This document shows positions 21,673-30,694 of a stretch of DNA of 64,000 nucleotides, piece by piece; within the stretch, counting starts at the first letter, position 1; every line of letters begins with the position of its first letter. Made by a program: the position numbers and the translations under genes. This DNA comes from a virus: IMG/VR virus record IMGVR_UViG_3300025401_000028, positions 3,979-67,978 of that record, one strand, 5' to 3'. The notes below the pieces were generated by a model. It was not told the DNA's origin and made no database searches. It worked only from the letters and a program-made list of their open reading frames with translations.

Positions 21673-23715
21673 TTATGATGTTGTTTGGACAAGTGAGAAA
21701 GATACTGGTGCTGATTCTTGATTTGTTATATTACTAACAACAGAAAATTTTCCGTAAAGAGCAACACCTGATGGATGAACTAAATCTCTTACGAATTTTT
21801 CATATGTATCAATCATTCTTGTTGCGATAATTTGATACGAATAAACTTGATAAAATTCGTCATCCTGAAGATATATAGTATCGCTAGTAAAACCACTATT
21901 ATTTTCATAAAAACCTTGCCCAGCGCCATCTTTATCAACTATAGCAAAACCTGTTATTGATGAAACATTATTTGTGCTTACTAAATTTATATATTCTTCT
22001 GGGTTATAACCGAATCCAGAGTCAACTATTTTTACAGCAGAAACAACGCCAGACGAAATACCTGCTACTGCAGTAACAGTAGCATTTTTTCCCCAAACAC
22101 CGCCAAATCCATCAGGTATACCAACATCGGCAACATATGGTTCTACTATTGTAACAGTAGGATTTGCGGAATAACCAACTCCTGGATTCACGCCATTAAT
22201 ATAAGTTATCTGACCAATTTGTTTTGCAATAATATTTAATGCATTAAATATTTTTGTATCTAAATTACTAGCTGATGGATTTGCTGGAAAATAATTCCAA
22301 TCTGTTAATCTATTAACAGCAGAAACAACTGCAGTTTTTCCAGAGCTTTGACCCGTAAGAGTACTTCCTGGAATAAAATAACCAATAGTATTGGTAGAAT
22401 TAAACACTGTTACTAATGTCGTATTAGATACTACAGCATTTACAACACCATTACCAGTAACTGTAACTTTAGGAAATGTTGCATTTACTTTAACAACGGA
22501 TCCTGTTGTATTACTTATCAAATAAGTTCCTGGAACAACATTAGCGTTGTTTAAATTTGTATCGGTACCTGTAATGTATAACATAGATCCGTCAGAATTA
22601 TAAACTGTTAATCCTGAAATCCCAAGTGATGTATTTGATATCGATTCGCCATTTGATATAGATCCAGAAATATATGAAACATCTAGATGTTTAACATTTG
22701 CGGATGCAGTTACCAATTCGTTATTTGTAAAAGCTCCTGTAGAAGATACAGTATTAATTGAAAAACCTTCAGTACTAATATCAAGTACAGTATTATATAC
22801 GTTGTTTATAATATCAGTATTATAGTTAAAAATTTGAATATTTGTGATGCCGCCAACTTTAAACGTAGCACCAGAACCATAACCGCCTGTTACTGTAACA
22901 ACAGCATCTGTGCCATATCCATAACCGCCATTAACAAGAGTGAATGAAACTTTACCATTGTCAACTTGAGTCGCAACAACTTGCGCAACACCGCCAGTGC
23001 CGCTGCCCTGAACTGTCAACAGATCGCCAGTTTTATAATTTGCTCCGCCGCTTGTTATAGCAATAGCCGAAAGAGACCCAATTATAATCGGTGCATTGCT
23101 AACAGTAATATTAGGAAACTGACGTGAAAATATTTGATCGTCGTATTTAAATGTGCCGTTTAAATTTGATAAGAATAAAATATTTACTGTTTTTTGATTA
23201 ACTGTTTTTTTAAAATAACTTTCGACGACAGCTGTCGCGCCAGAACTACTATAAATTTCATAACCAACTAATTGCTGTAAATTTGAAAAATTCGTTACTT
23301 CAATATATCTTGGGATATTCCAAACTGCATCTGATGATTTAAAAAGATAATTTCCAGGAATATAAATGTCAATATCTTCATTGAACAACATACGGAATAA
23401 AAGTCTGTATGAATTATCTGTGCCTTTTGATCTATATAAGTCAATAATATGCTTGACTAAAAGTTTAGGATCCGCTATAATAGATATTGGGAGTGATTGA
23501 ATATACTTGTCTTTAAAGTATTGAATGAACTTAGGTAGAGTTGTATCGATATCAGTATACTCAAGCATCGATCTAGCTTCGAATGTAACTTGACCTATCT
23601 CTTCGAGCCACTGATAATAACTTTCAATAAATGCAATGAAATTCGGTCCCTGTGTTTTATAAAACGCTGGAAATTGAGAAGCAATTAATGGAGATATTAT
23701 CTTTGAAATTTGCAT
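21673..23715 (-). CDS. gp7: Baseplate wedge initiator gp7-like protein
   Basis: SQFPAF..FI.FIESYYQWLE, LYRSKGT..SY.LLFRMLF and LQDDEFYQVYSY...VHPSG motifs; lies between gp6 and gp8. Confidence 0.8.
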   Translation of the reverse strand: MQISKIISPLIASQFPAFYKTQGPNFIAFIESYYQWLEEIGQVTFEARSMLEYTDIDTTLPKFIQYFKDKYIQSLPISIIADPKLLVKHIIDLYRSKGTDNSYRLLFRMLFNEDIDIYIPGNYLFKSSDAVWNIPRYIEVTNFSNLQQLVGYEIYSSSGATAVVESYFKKTVNQKTVNILFLSNLNGTFKYDDQIFSRQFPNITVSNAPIIIGSLSAIAITSGGANYKTGDLLTVQGSGTGGVAQVVATQVDNGKVSFTLVNGGYGYGTDAVVTVTGGYGSGATFKVGGITNIQIFNYNTDIINNVYNTVLDISTEGFSINTVSSTGAFTNNELVTASANVKHLDVSYISGSISNGESISNTSLGISGLTVYNSDGSMLYITGTDTNLNNANVVPGTYLISNTTGSVVKVNATFPKVTVTGNGVVNAVVSNTTLVTVFNSTNTIGYFIPGSTLTGQSSGKTAVVSAVNRLTDWNYFPANPSASNLDTKIFNALNIIAKQIGQITYINGVNPGVGYSANPTVTIVEPYVADVGIPDGFGGVWGKNATVTAVAGISSGVVSAVKIVDSGFGYNPEEYINLVSTNNVSSITGFAIVDKDGAGQGFYENNSGFTSDTIYLQDDEFYQVYSYQIIATRMIDTYEKFVRDLVHPSGVALYGKFSVVSNITNQESAPVSFSLVQTTS

Positions 23716-25493
23716 TATACAGCATTTACCATTACAGTAGTTGAACCCAAATCGATTTCTACAATATTATTCGAATTGCCGATAATATCATTATACGTAG
23801 AAGTTGCAAATACTTTTATACCAATACCATCTATGAAACTATAAACTGTTATATTTTTAATACTTAAAGTACCGCTCATATAATCGATTGTTCCGACATT
23901 TATATAATTTTGAGTATTATTTGTTGTAATTTGTTTTAAGTATAAAATTCCAGTAATTCCAACAGCATTTGGATTAACATCGGTAATCTGGTATGTATTA
24001 CCATCAGTTAAAATAAAACTGCTACTTGTAATACTTCCCATATTAAGTTCATTACCAAAAGAAGTTGTTAATGAAGTAACAGTATTAAGAGTAGGCTCTA
24101 GCAATTTATAAATTTGTATCGATGTTAAATTGCCATTAATACTCGAATTCGTATTATCGATAGCCTCAAGCAATTTAGAATATCTAAATGTAGTATCGAA
24201 TTTTTGAAGATATGTTAAATTAAAATTAGAAATACTATTCAATACAGCTGATTGAAAATCAACTGGTGTTAATGAAGTATTCGTAAAATTGACATTTATA
24301 ACAACCGTTGGAACTATGTAAACATAATTAGGATCGATAATTTTATTTGTGATATTAATTACTTTTTTTGTTAAAAGATATGTTAATATGTCAGCTTTTC
24401 TTTGATTAGCAAGTGGTGCTCCACTGTATGTCGAAGGTGAAATATAAACTACACCATACTCTGGATTAGGAAGAGTTTCTCCTCCGAATACGTTTACATC
24501 TTCAACATCATTAAAGTTATCAAGAATTAATGTTTTATAATCGCTGGTTGTTACAGCTCTATCCTGAACTTGGTATGAACGAGGTGCTCTAAAACGAATT
24601 GACTCAATACTTTCTGGATCAGAACCGTTTGAACTATTTGAAACAGTAGTAACAGTAGATATAGCTGTACCGCCATTATACGAACCGAGATCTTGATTTA
24701 AGAAAAATGTAGAAACACCACTACCTGATGAACCTTTTGTAATTCTATATGTGATGATAATAACAGAAGTGTTTAGAGGATAGTCGCCAAAAACTCCATC
24801 GCCAAATACGATTTCATATTGGCCATTTTGAGCAGCTTGTAAAAAATATACCGTTGAATTAGAGTTTAATCCAAATAGACTAGTCGCCTGTGTATAGATT
24901 ATATTATTGCTTCCGTTGTTTTCTGAAACAGTAACAGCTATACTTCCAGTATCAACCGATGCATTCGAAAGAATAAATCTTTGAGATAGTTGAGTATAAT
25001 CAACAATAAATGATTCGTTGATATATGTGCCTTCATAGATTGACACGTTACTAAACGTAAATGTATTCGATGAAGATATTGATGTTAGATTAGTATTAGT
25101 TGAAAATGTAAATGAACCGTTAGAATTCGTACCAGAAAAAGAAGTACCTTTTGGTATTACAAACGAGCCAGTTGTAATACCAGTAGTATCAAATGACAAA
25201 TTAACAACAGCTTCAGCAGAAGTTGCCGATGATGGAATATAATTTAATTCTTTGGCATGCGAAACAACACTATCTCTTAATTGTGCGCTATCAAGAAAAC
25301 TTTCAGCAGCAACCATATTAAGATAAAATGAATTTAAATATGTATTATACGAAAGAACGTCTAAAAGGACATTCATATTCGAACCAGTAAAATCATAATC
25401 TTGAAAAATAGTTTGTGACTGTAGATATGTTTGTAAACTAGATTTAAGAGTATCAAAATCAAGAGATGTTAAATTAAAAGAACTATTAGCCAT
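23715..25493 (-). CDS. gp6: Baseplate wedge subunit
   Basis: LDFDTLK, DYDFTGS, ESFLDSAQLRDSVVSHAKELNY and QDRAVT..DY motifs. Confidence 0.96.
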   Translation of the reverse strand: MANSSFNLTSLDFDTLKSSLQTYLQSQTIFQDYDFTGSNMNVLLDVLSYNTYLNSFYLNMVAAESFLDSAQLRDSVVSHAKELNYIPSSATSAEAVVNLSFDTTGITTGSFVIPKGTSFSGTNSNGSFTFSTNTNLTSISSSNTFTFSNVSIYEGTYINESFIVDYTQLSQRFILSNASVDTGSIAVTVSENNGSNNIIYTQATSLFGLNSNSTVYFLQAAQNGQYEIVFGDGVFGDYPLNTSVIIITYRITKGSSGSGVSTFFLNQDLGSYNGGTAISTVTTVSNSSNGSDPESIESIRFRAPRSYQVQDRAVTTSDYKTLILDNFNDVEDVNVFGGETLPNPEYGVVYISPSTYSGAPLANQRKADILTYLLTKKVINITNKIIDPNYVYIVPTVVINVNFTNTSLTPVDFQSAVLNSISNFNLTYLQKFDTTFRYSKLLEAIDNTNSSINGNLTSIQIYKLLEPTLNTVTSLTTSFGNELNMGSITSSSFILTDGNTYQITDVNPNAVGITGILYLKQITTNNTQNYINVGTIDYMSGTLSIKNITVYSFIDGIGIKVFATSTYNDIIGNSNNIVEIDLGSTTVMVNAV

Positions 25494-25494
25494 G

Positions 25495-25923
25495 TTATCT
25501 TGCTCTCGATACAGTTAAATTGATATTTACTGGTGTTGTGCTATTTATAATAGAAAATATAATATCTACGATAAATGAATTTTTGTCGGGTGAAGGATAT
25601 ACAACAACATTTAATAAATTTGCTCTTGGTTCGAAATTTTGAATTGTTGTTTTTATATCATAAGTTAAATTTTGTGCGGTAATTTCATCAGCAAATTCAA
25701 AAAGAGAACCGTTTACGTTACCACCAACATTCGGTTGAAATAATCTTTCGTTATAATTTGTTAATACGAGATTAGTTATCGACTGACGAACTGAGTTCTC
25801 GTTAGTTACTTTTGCTAACTGATTATTAAATGGTACTCTATCAAAATTGTCTAAAAAATCCGAGAACAGAATCTGTTTCTTCTGTAATTGAGTAAATTTA
25901 TCTGCTCTCGTAGTCCCAACCAT
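25495..25923 (-). CDS. gp25: Baseplate wedge subunit
   Basis: SVRQSITNLVLT...ERLFQP..G...LFE...NFEPR motif. Confidence 0.93.
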   Translation of the reverse strand: MVGTTRADKFTQLQKKQILFSDFLDNFDRVPFNNQLAKVTNENSVRQSITNLVLTNYNERLFQPNVGGNVNGSLFEFADEITAQNLTYDIKTTIQNFEPRANLLNVVVYPSPDKNSFIVDIIFSIINSTTPVNINLTVSRAR

Positions 25924-25948
25924 TTTAAATCCTTTTATGGATATTTAG

Positions 25949-26074
25949 TTAAGTATTTGATGTTGATGTATTAGAAGTATCTGGTAGATTTGGATCTGTA
26001 ACAACAGTAATACTTCCATCGTCTTCGATAATAGTTACAATTCCTGTTTGAACATCTACTTGAATAATTGACAT
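25949..26074 (-). CDS. Small 41-aa protein
   Basis: GAGG RBS before MSIIQVDVQTG; follows the paralog triplet. Confidence 0.55.
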   Translation of the reverse strand: MSIIQVDVQTGIVTIIEDDGSITVVTDPNLPDTSNTSTSNT

Positions 26075-26081
26075 GTTTTCC

Positions 26082-26654
26082 TCATTCGTAAAGTATGTTA
26101 ACGGAGCCAGCATCAAAAGTATCAGTGCCACCAACTGTTGTAACTTGAATTGCAGTTAATTGTGCAGATAGTGGTACTGATCCAGTACTAATTCTAAATC
26201 CACCACCGTTAGATTCTCCAATAGAACCAGTCATAGCCCATGTATTTCCAGATAAATTAACAAAAGTTGCTATACCATTCATCAATGATGTTGCCGCAGG
26301 AGATATAAAAATTACAAATGCTGTTGTAAAATTAGTAGAAGAAGCACCAATAGCTGTTGCAATTCCAAGATAACCAGAAGTTGTATAAGTTGTGGAACCT
26401 GTTCCAAGCTGAACTATTATTGAGTTTGTTCCACTTGTTGAAACACCACTCAACATTACAGTAATTCTTTTCACCCAAGAAGGAATTGCTGTAAATTGAA
26501 TTGCAGTTCCAGAAGTAGATGCAACTGCAGTTGCAGAAGTAATTAAACTACTTCCTAGAGTTTTATTTGTAAGTATCTGAGCATCAGTTGTGCCTACACC
26601 CGTGCTACCCGATGGCAGTGTAATACCGTTTGTACCATCAATCGTTATTGCCAT
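26082..26654 (-). CDS. Short fibre / receptor-binding-like protein, paralog 3 of tandem triplet
   Basis: TSGTAIQFTAIPSWVKRITV...GSVNILYE shared with the two neighbours. Confidence 0.7.
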   Translation of the reverse strand: MAITIDGTNGITLPSGSTGVGTTDAQILTNKTLGSSLITSATAVASTSGTAIQFTAIPSWVKRITVMLSGVSTSGTNSIIVQLGTGSTTYTTSGYLGIATAIGASSTNFTTAFVIFISPAATSLMNGIATFVNLSGNTWAMTGSIGESNGGGFRISTGSVPLSAQLTAIQVTTVGGTDTFDAGSVNILYE

Positions 26655-26664
26655 TTATTTTCTC

Positions 26665-27285
26665 TCATTCGTAAAGGATGTTGACGGAGCCAGCAGTAAA
26701 AGTACTTGTGCTACCCACTGATGTAAGTATAACTTGAGTTAATGTAGAACCCAATGCAATTGATCCAGAACTCGTAGTCATTCCATTCGTTCCGTTAAAT
26801 AAACCAACACCTGTTGCTATCCAAGTATTTCCTGTCAAAAGAGTAAATACCATTGTTCCAGTGTATGTAGTACCAGAACCAGTATTTTGACCAATTGGGA
26901 AACCTGTTGTTAACGCTCCAGTAGCACCAGAACCTGCGCCATTATATTGTGTCGAAGCAGCCGTGTATCCTGTTGTAGTTGCTCCACCGCTGGTTCCTAA
27001 TTGGAATTGGATAACATTCGAACCGTTTGTTGTTATACCACTATACATAAGAGTAATACGTTTTACCCAACTTGGAATCGAACCAAATGTAATTGTAGTT
27101 CCAGATGTGGTTGCTTGCACCGTCGCAGATACGATATTCGTAGACACACCCTGCACCGCAGCCGTGCCTGTACCAGCTGGAATAGTAACAGTGTTAGTAC
27201 CATTTTGTTGAAACTGAATTACACCAGAGTTATCAGATGTTACCTGAAGACCAGATGCCGTAGTTGCGTTTATTGTGACTGCCAT
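26665..27285 (-). CDS. Short fibre / receptor-binding-like protein, paralog 2 of tandem triplet
   Basis: IPSWVKRIT...GSVNILYE. Confidence 0.7.
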   Translation of the reverse strand: MAVTINATTASGLQVTSDNSGVIQFQQNGTNTVTIPAGTGTAAVQGVSTNIVSATVQATTSGTTITFGSIPSWVKRITLMYSGITTNGSNVIQFQLGTSGGATTTGYTAASTQYNGAGSGATGALTTGFPIGQNTGSGTTYTGTMVFTLLTGNTWIATGVGLFNGTNGMTTSSGSIALGSTLTQVILTSVGSTSTFTAGSVNILYE

Positions 27286-27295
27286 TTATTTTCTC

Positions 27296-27886
27296 TCATT
27301 CGTAAAGGATGTTGACAGAGCCAGTAGAAAATACCGCAGATCCACCGGTAGTTCCAATTTGCAAACGATCTACAGTACCAGACATTGTGACTGACCCGCC
27401 ACCGACATAGCCTGAGCCAGCACTAGAGTAAAACATAAAGGATGCGGTCCAAATATTGTTACCCAAGTAGCTGAGAATAAATTGACCAGAAAGTCCTAAA
27501 TTCGCAGCAGCTGCAAAAGATAAAGGAAATTGTGTTGTTGAAGTTAATGCCGAACTATTGTTCAACTGAGATACCAATGCGGTATATCCAGATGATTGAA
27601 TTGAACCACTACCAAGCTGCAAAATAGGCTGAGATGACGTTGAACCTGTGCTAAGGTTGGATAAACACGCCGTAATACGTTTTGCCCATGAGGGAATACC
27701 TGTGAATAAAACTGCCGTTCCTGAGGATGGGCTTTGAACAGTTCCGCTGACAATATTCGTAGAAACATTTTGTGCTGTAATAGTACCAGTACCTACTGGA
27801 AGATAAAGAGTACTAGAGCCAGCAGTAGCATTAGCCTGAAGGATTACCGAACCGCTAGTGTCGCCATTGATTGTTATTGAACTCAT
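27296..27886 (-). CDS. Short fibre / receptor-binding-like protein, paralog 1 of tandem triplet
   Basis: IPSWAKRIT...GSVNILYE; ATGA coupling gives start MSSITING at 27886. Confidence 0.7.
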   Translation of the reverse strand: MSSITINGDTSGSVILQANATAGSSTLYLPVGTGTITAQNVSTNIVSGTVQSPSSGTAVLFTGIPSWAKRITACLSNLSTGSTSSQPILQLGSGSIQSSGYTALVSQLNNSSALTSTTQFPLSFAAAANLGLSGQFILSYLGNNIWTASFMFYSSAGSGYVGGGSVTMSGTVDRLQIGTTGGSAVFSTGSVNILYE

Positions 27887-29280
27887 AATACCACCCACTT
27901 ACTACCTGAAGGAATTGTTACCACAACACCACTATTTATTGTTAATGGACCAACTGACATTGCAGATTTACCAGTCGTAATTGTATAACTAGAAGTTAAT
28001 GTTTTACTGTTTTCGTGAAATACACCACCGACTGAAACAACTACAGAGTTAACAACAGTATTTACAGTTGAGTTACCGAAAGAAATATTGTTACTGAATA
28101 GATATTGCGCCGCTGTATTTACACCTGCAGATGCCGTACCCCAGTAAGGCGAACCAGTAACACCGTTTGAAATAAGAACTTGACCAGATGTACCAACTGA
28201 AGCATTGGCAGAAAATGGCGTTGTGATAGTTAGCTGTGTAGTATTAGCTATAAAGGTAGTACCGACTGTGTGTGAAGCAGCATTTATAGCAGCCGATGGC
28301 GCATTAAGTAATGTACCTTGAATATATGCGTTACCATTAACTGATAACTTATCTACAGGAGTGGTGTTGCCGATACCCAAGTTGCCGTTAGAAGCTAAAC
28401 GCATTGTTTCTGGAACTGCAACACCGTTTAACGTAGAACTACCGGTACCAAATGTTATGCCGCTGTCATTGTAGCTCGTTCCAGTCCCGCCGTTGAACTG
28501 AATAAATGCCATCCAAGTAGCGTCTATCTTTTGCTGCAGTCTGGTACCAGCACCGTCCCAACCGGTGTTTGCTATCATTCTAGTATTAGTAATTTCTAGA
28601 GAGTCAGCATTACCATCTGTACTTCCATACCTCTGATAAAAAATCTGACTGTTGGCGGTAGCACCAAGAGCACCACCGCTGTTACCCATGTCTATCTTAA
28701 ACGAAGGAGTACTATAACCGCTAACACCGATATTACCGTTTGATACGAAATATGCAGCCGTACCGATGGTAGCTGTATTGGTCGAGACTACTAGTGAAGC
28801 TGTGTTAGTCATTGTCGAGTTGGCGGTGAATGCAGTCCCTACCGCATAAGATGCAGCATTAACAACACCAGTATGGTATACGCCTAACGTATTCGCGATA
28901 AAAGAAGTAGAAACAGTATACGATGCTGCGTTAATAGTACCAACAGCATAAACGCCACCGTTAGCGGCTAGTGTCATCGATGTTGTTGCGTTGGCTTGAA
29001 AAACGAGAGAACTTCCAGAGCCACTAGCTGCTACTATTGCGGTTAAAGTATTTGCACTAAAAAGAGCTAATTGAGATGATTGTGCAGAATCTGTTATTTG
29101 GAAAATACCAGCCGTAGTATCAGTTCCACCACCAGCATATGCTCTATAACTAAAATTTCCTGAACCTGTTCTTGCAGCAACACCACTAGAATTAATAGTT
29201 ACGTTGCCTGATCCAACAGTAACTGATGTATCAATAGTTGCTGTTCCATAAATTCTAGTACCACTTTGTAAATTTGCCAT
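27883..29280 (-). CDS. Tail-fibre-like protein
   Basis: GNLGIGNTTPVDKLSVNG repeat motif and C-terminal SAMSVGPLTINSGVVVTIPSGSKWVVL trimer-type tip. Confidence 0.75.
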   Translation of the reverse strand: MANLQSGTRIYGTATIDTSVTVGSGNVTINSSGVAARTGSGNFSYRAYAGGGTDTTAGIFQITDSAQSSQLALFSANTLTAIVAASGSGSSLVFQANATTSMTLAANGGVYAVGTINAASYTVSTSFIANTLGVYHTGVVNAASYAVGTAFTANSTMTNTASLVVSTNTATIGTAAYFVSNGNIGVSGYSTPSFKIDMGNSGGALGATANSQIFYQRYGSTDGNADSLEITNTRMIANTGWDGAGTRLQQKIDATWMAFIQFNGGTGTSYNDSGITFGTGSSTLNGVAVPETMRLASNGNLGIGNTTPVDKLSVNGNAYIQGTLLNAPSAAINAASHTVGTTFIANTTQLTITTPFSANASVGTSGQVLISNGVTGSPYWGTASAGVNTAAQYLFSNNISFGNSTVNTVVNSVVVSVGGVFHENSKTLTSSYTITTGKSAMSVGPLTINSGVVVTIPSGSKWVVL

Positions 29281-29305
29281 ATAAATTTTCCTAATTAATA
29301 GTTAT

Positions 29306-30694
29306 TTATGTTGGTTTTGTAACTTCATCAAATATGCCAGAAATTCGTAAAGTTCCATTTGCAAAAAGTTTTTGGGCTAACCCAGCAGTAATTGGATTTA
29401 TCGTAACTTCATCAAATATTCCTGTATTGGCAATTAAAAATGTACCATTACTATATGTTCTAGTAGCTACACCCGTTAAACCAGTTACTTCATCAAATGT
29501 TCCAACAGTATAAAAATTACCAGATGAATTTAATCTTGTTACGTATGTTGGTGGTGTGTAGGTAATAACAATGATACCCGCACCAGCAGCACCACTAGTA
29601 TCGCCATTCTGGTTTCCTTGACCACCACCATATTTTCCGCCAGAACCCGTTGTTGTATTAGGACCATTAGTAGAAGTACCCGCACCAGAACCACCTCCTG
29701 GACCTGCAACTGCAGTAAATGTTGCAGTATGTGTACCAGATTGTGTACCAGTTGTATTAATAGCTGTTCCATTAAGAGTGGCAGCTATATTAAATGTGGT
29801 AGTAGAGGTAACGCCACCAGAAAAAATAGCAAGAACGTAATAAGTTGTACCAGCTGTAATACCTGTTGGAAGTGCACCAGTAGTAGAAAATACAACAGGT
29901 GTTCCAGATTGAGGAGCAGTAGCAACAGTAAATACGCCTGGATTAGCAATACTAATAGTAACAGTTTGGGAAGTAGTGCTGGTTGCAGTCCAGTAAACAC
30001 CTACGCCACCTTCTCCGCCTCTATAGTTTCCTCCACCTGCTCCGCCGCCACCACCACCGCCACCTGCTCCTGTACCTCCTGGCGAATTAAAACCACTACC
30101 AGCAGAACCAGTCGGCGTTCCACCTCCTGTACCACCTACGCTAGCACTACCATTAGTACCACCATTACCGCCACCGCCACCGCCACCAGTACCGTTATTT
30201 GATGGACCACCAGTACCACCAGCTCCATTTGGTCCTGCAGCGCCACCACCGCCACCGCCACCGCCATTTACACCACCAGTGCCTCCATTACCACCACTAA
30301 AAGCAGCAGCTGAAGGAATAGAAGCAGATGCTTGTCCACCTAAACCACCTGTAGTATTAGAACTAAAAGAACCGCCTTTTGCAAGTAATCCAGTTGCAGA
30401 AGATGATGGCGCAGAAGCAGCTGCTGTATTAAACCAAGTATCTCCGCCATTAGCTGTAGGGGTTGCAGCACCCGTACCAACACTAATATTAACTACTTGT
30501 CCTGGAGTTAAAGAAAAATTACTTAATTTAGTATATGCACCACCGCCACCACCTGCACCGCCAGCTGGCCAAGCAGAACCCGATCCACCGCCACCACCGA
30601 TGGCTTCAATAGTATTATTACTAGATGAAAAATCAGAAGGAACAGTCCATGTTGATCCACTAGCAGTAGTAAGAATTATAACTTTAGTTGCCAT
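29306..30694 (-). CDS. Glycine-rich virion / fibre tip protein
   Basis: WTVP...IEAIGGGGG Gly-rich domain, an inserted ISIANPGVFT...FSTTGALPTGITAGTTYYV module, and C-terminal FDEVT repeats. Confidence 0.7.
   Translation of the reverse strand: MATKVIILTTASGSTWTVPSDFSSSNNTIEAIGGGGGSGSAWPAGGAGGGGGAYTKLSNFSLTPGQVVNISVGTGAATPTANGGDTWFNTAAASAPSSSATGLLAKGGSFSSNTTGGLGGQASASIPSAAAFSGGNGGTGGVNGGGGGGGGAAGPNGAGGTGGPSNNGTGGGGGGGNGGTNGSASVGGTGGGTPTGSAGSGFNSPGGTGAGGGGGGGGAGGGNYRGGEGGVGVYWTATSTTSQTVTISIANPGVFTVATAPQSGTPVVFSTTGALPTGITAGTTYYVLAIFSGGVTSTTTFNIAATLNGTAINTTGTQSGTHTATFTAVAGPGGGSGAGTSTNGPNTTTGSGGKYGGGQGNQNGDTSGAAGAGIIVITYTPPTYVTRLNSSGNFYTVGTFDEVTGLTGVATRTYSNGTFLIANTGIFDEVTINPITAGLAQKLFANGTLRISGIFDEVTKPT

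Noticed and set aside
26082-27886. Diversity-generating retroelement TR/VR pair
   Set aside because: No reverse transcriptase in the window; all copies are coding and the differences are not adenine-specific.
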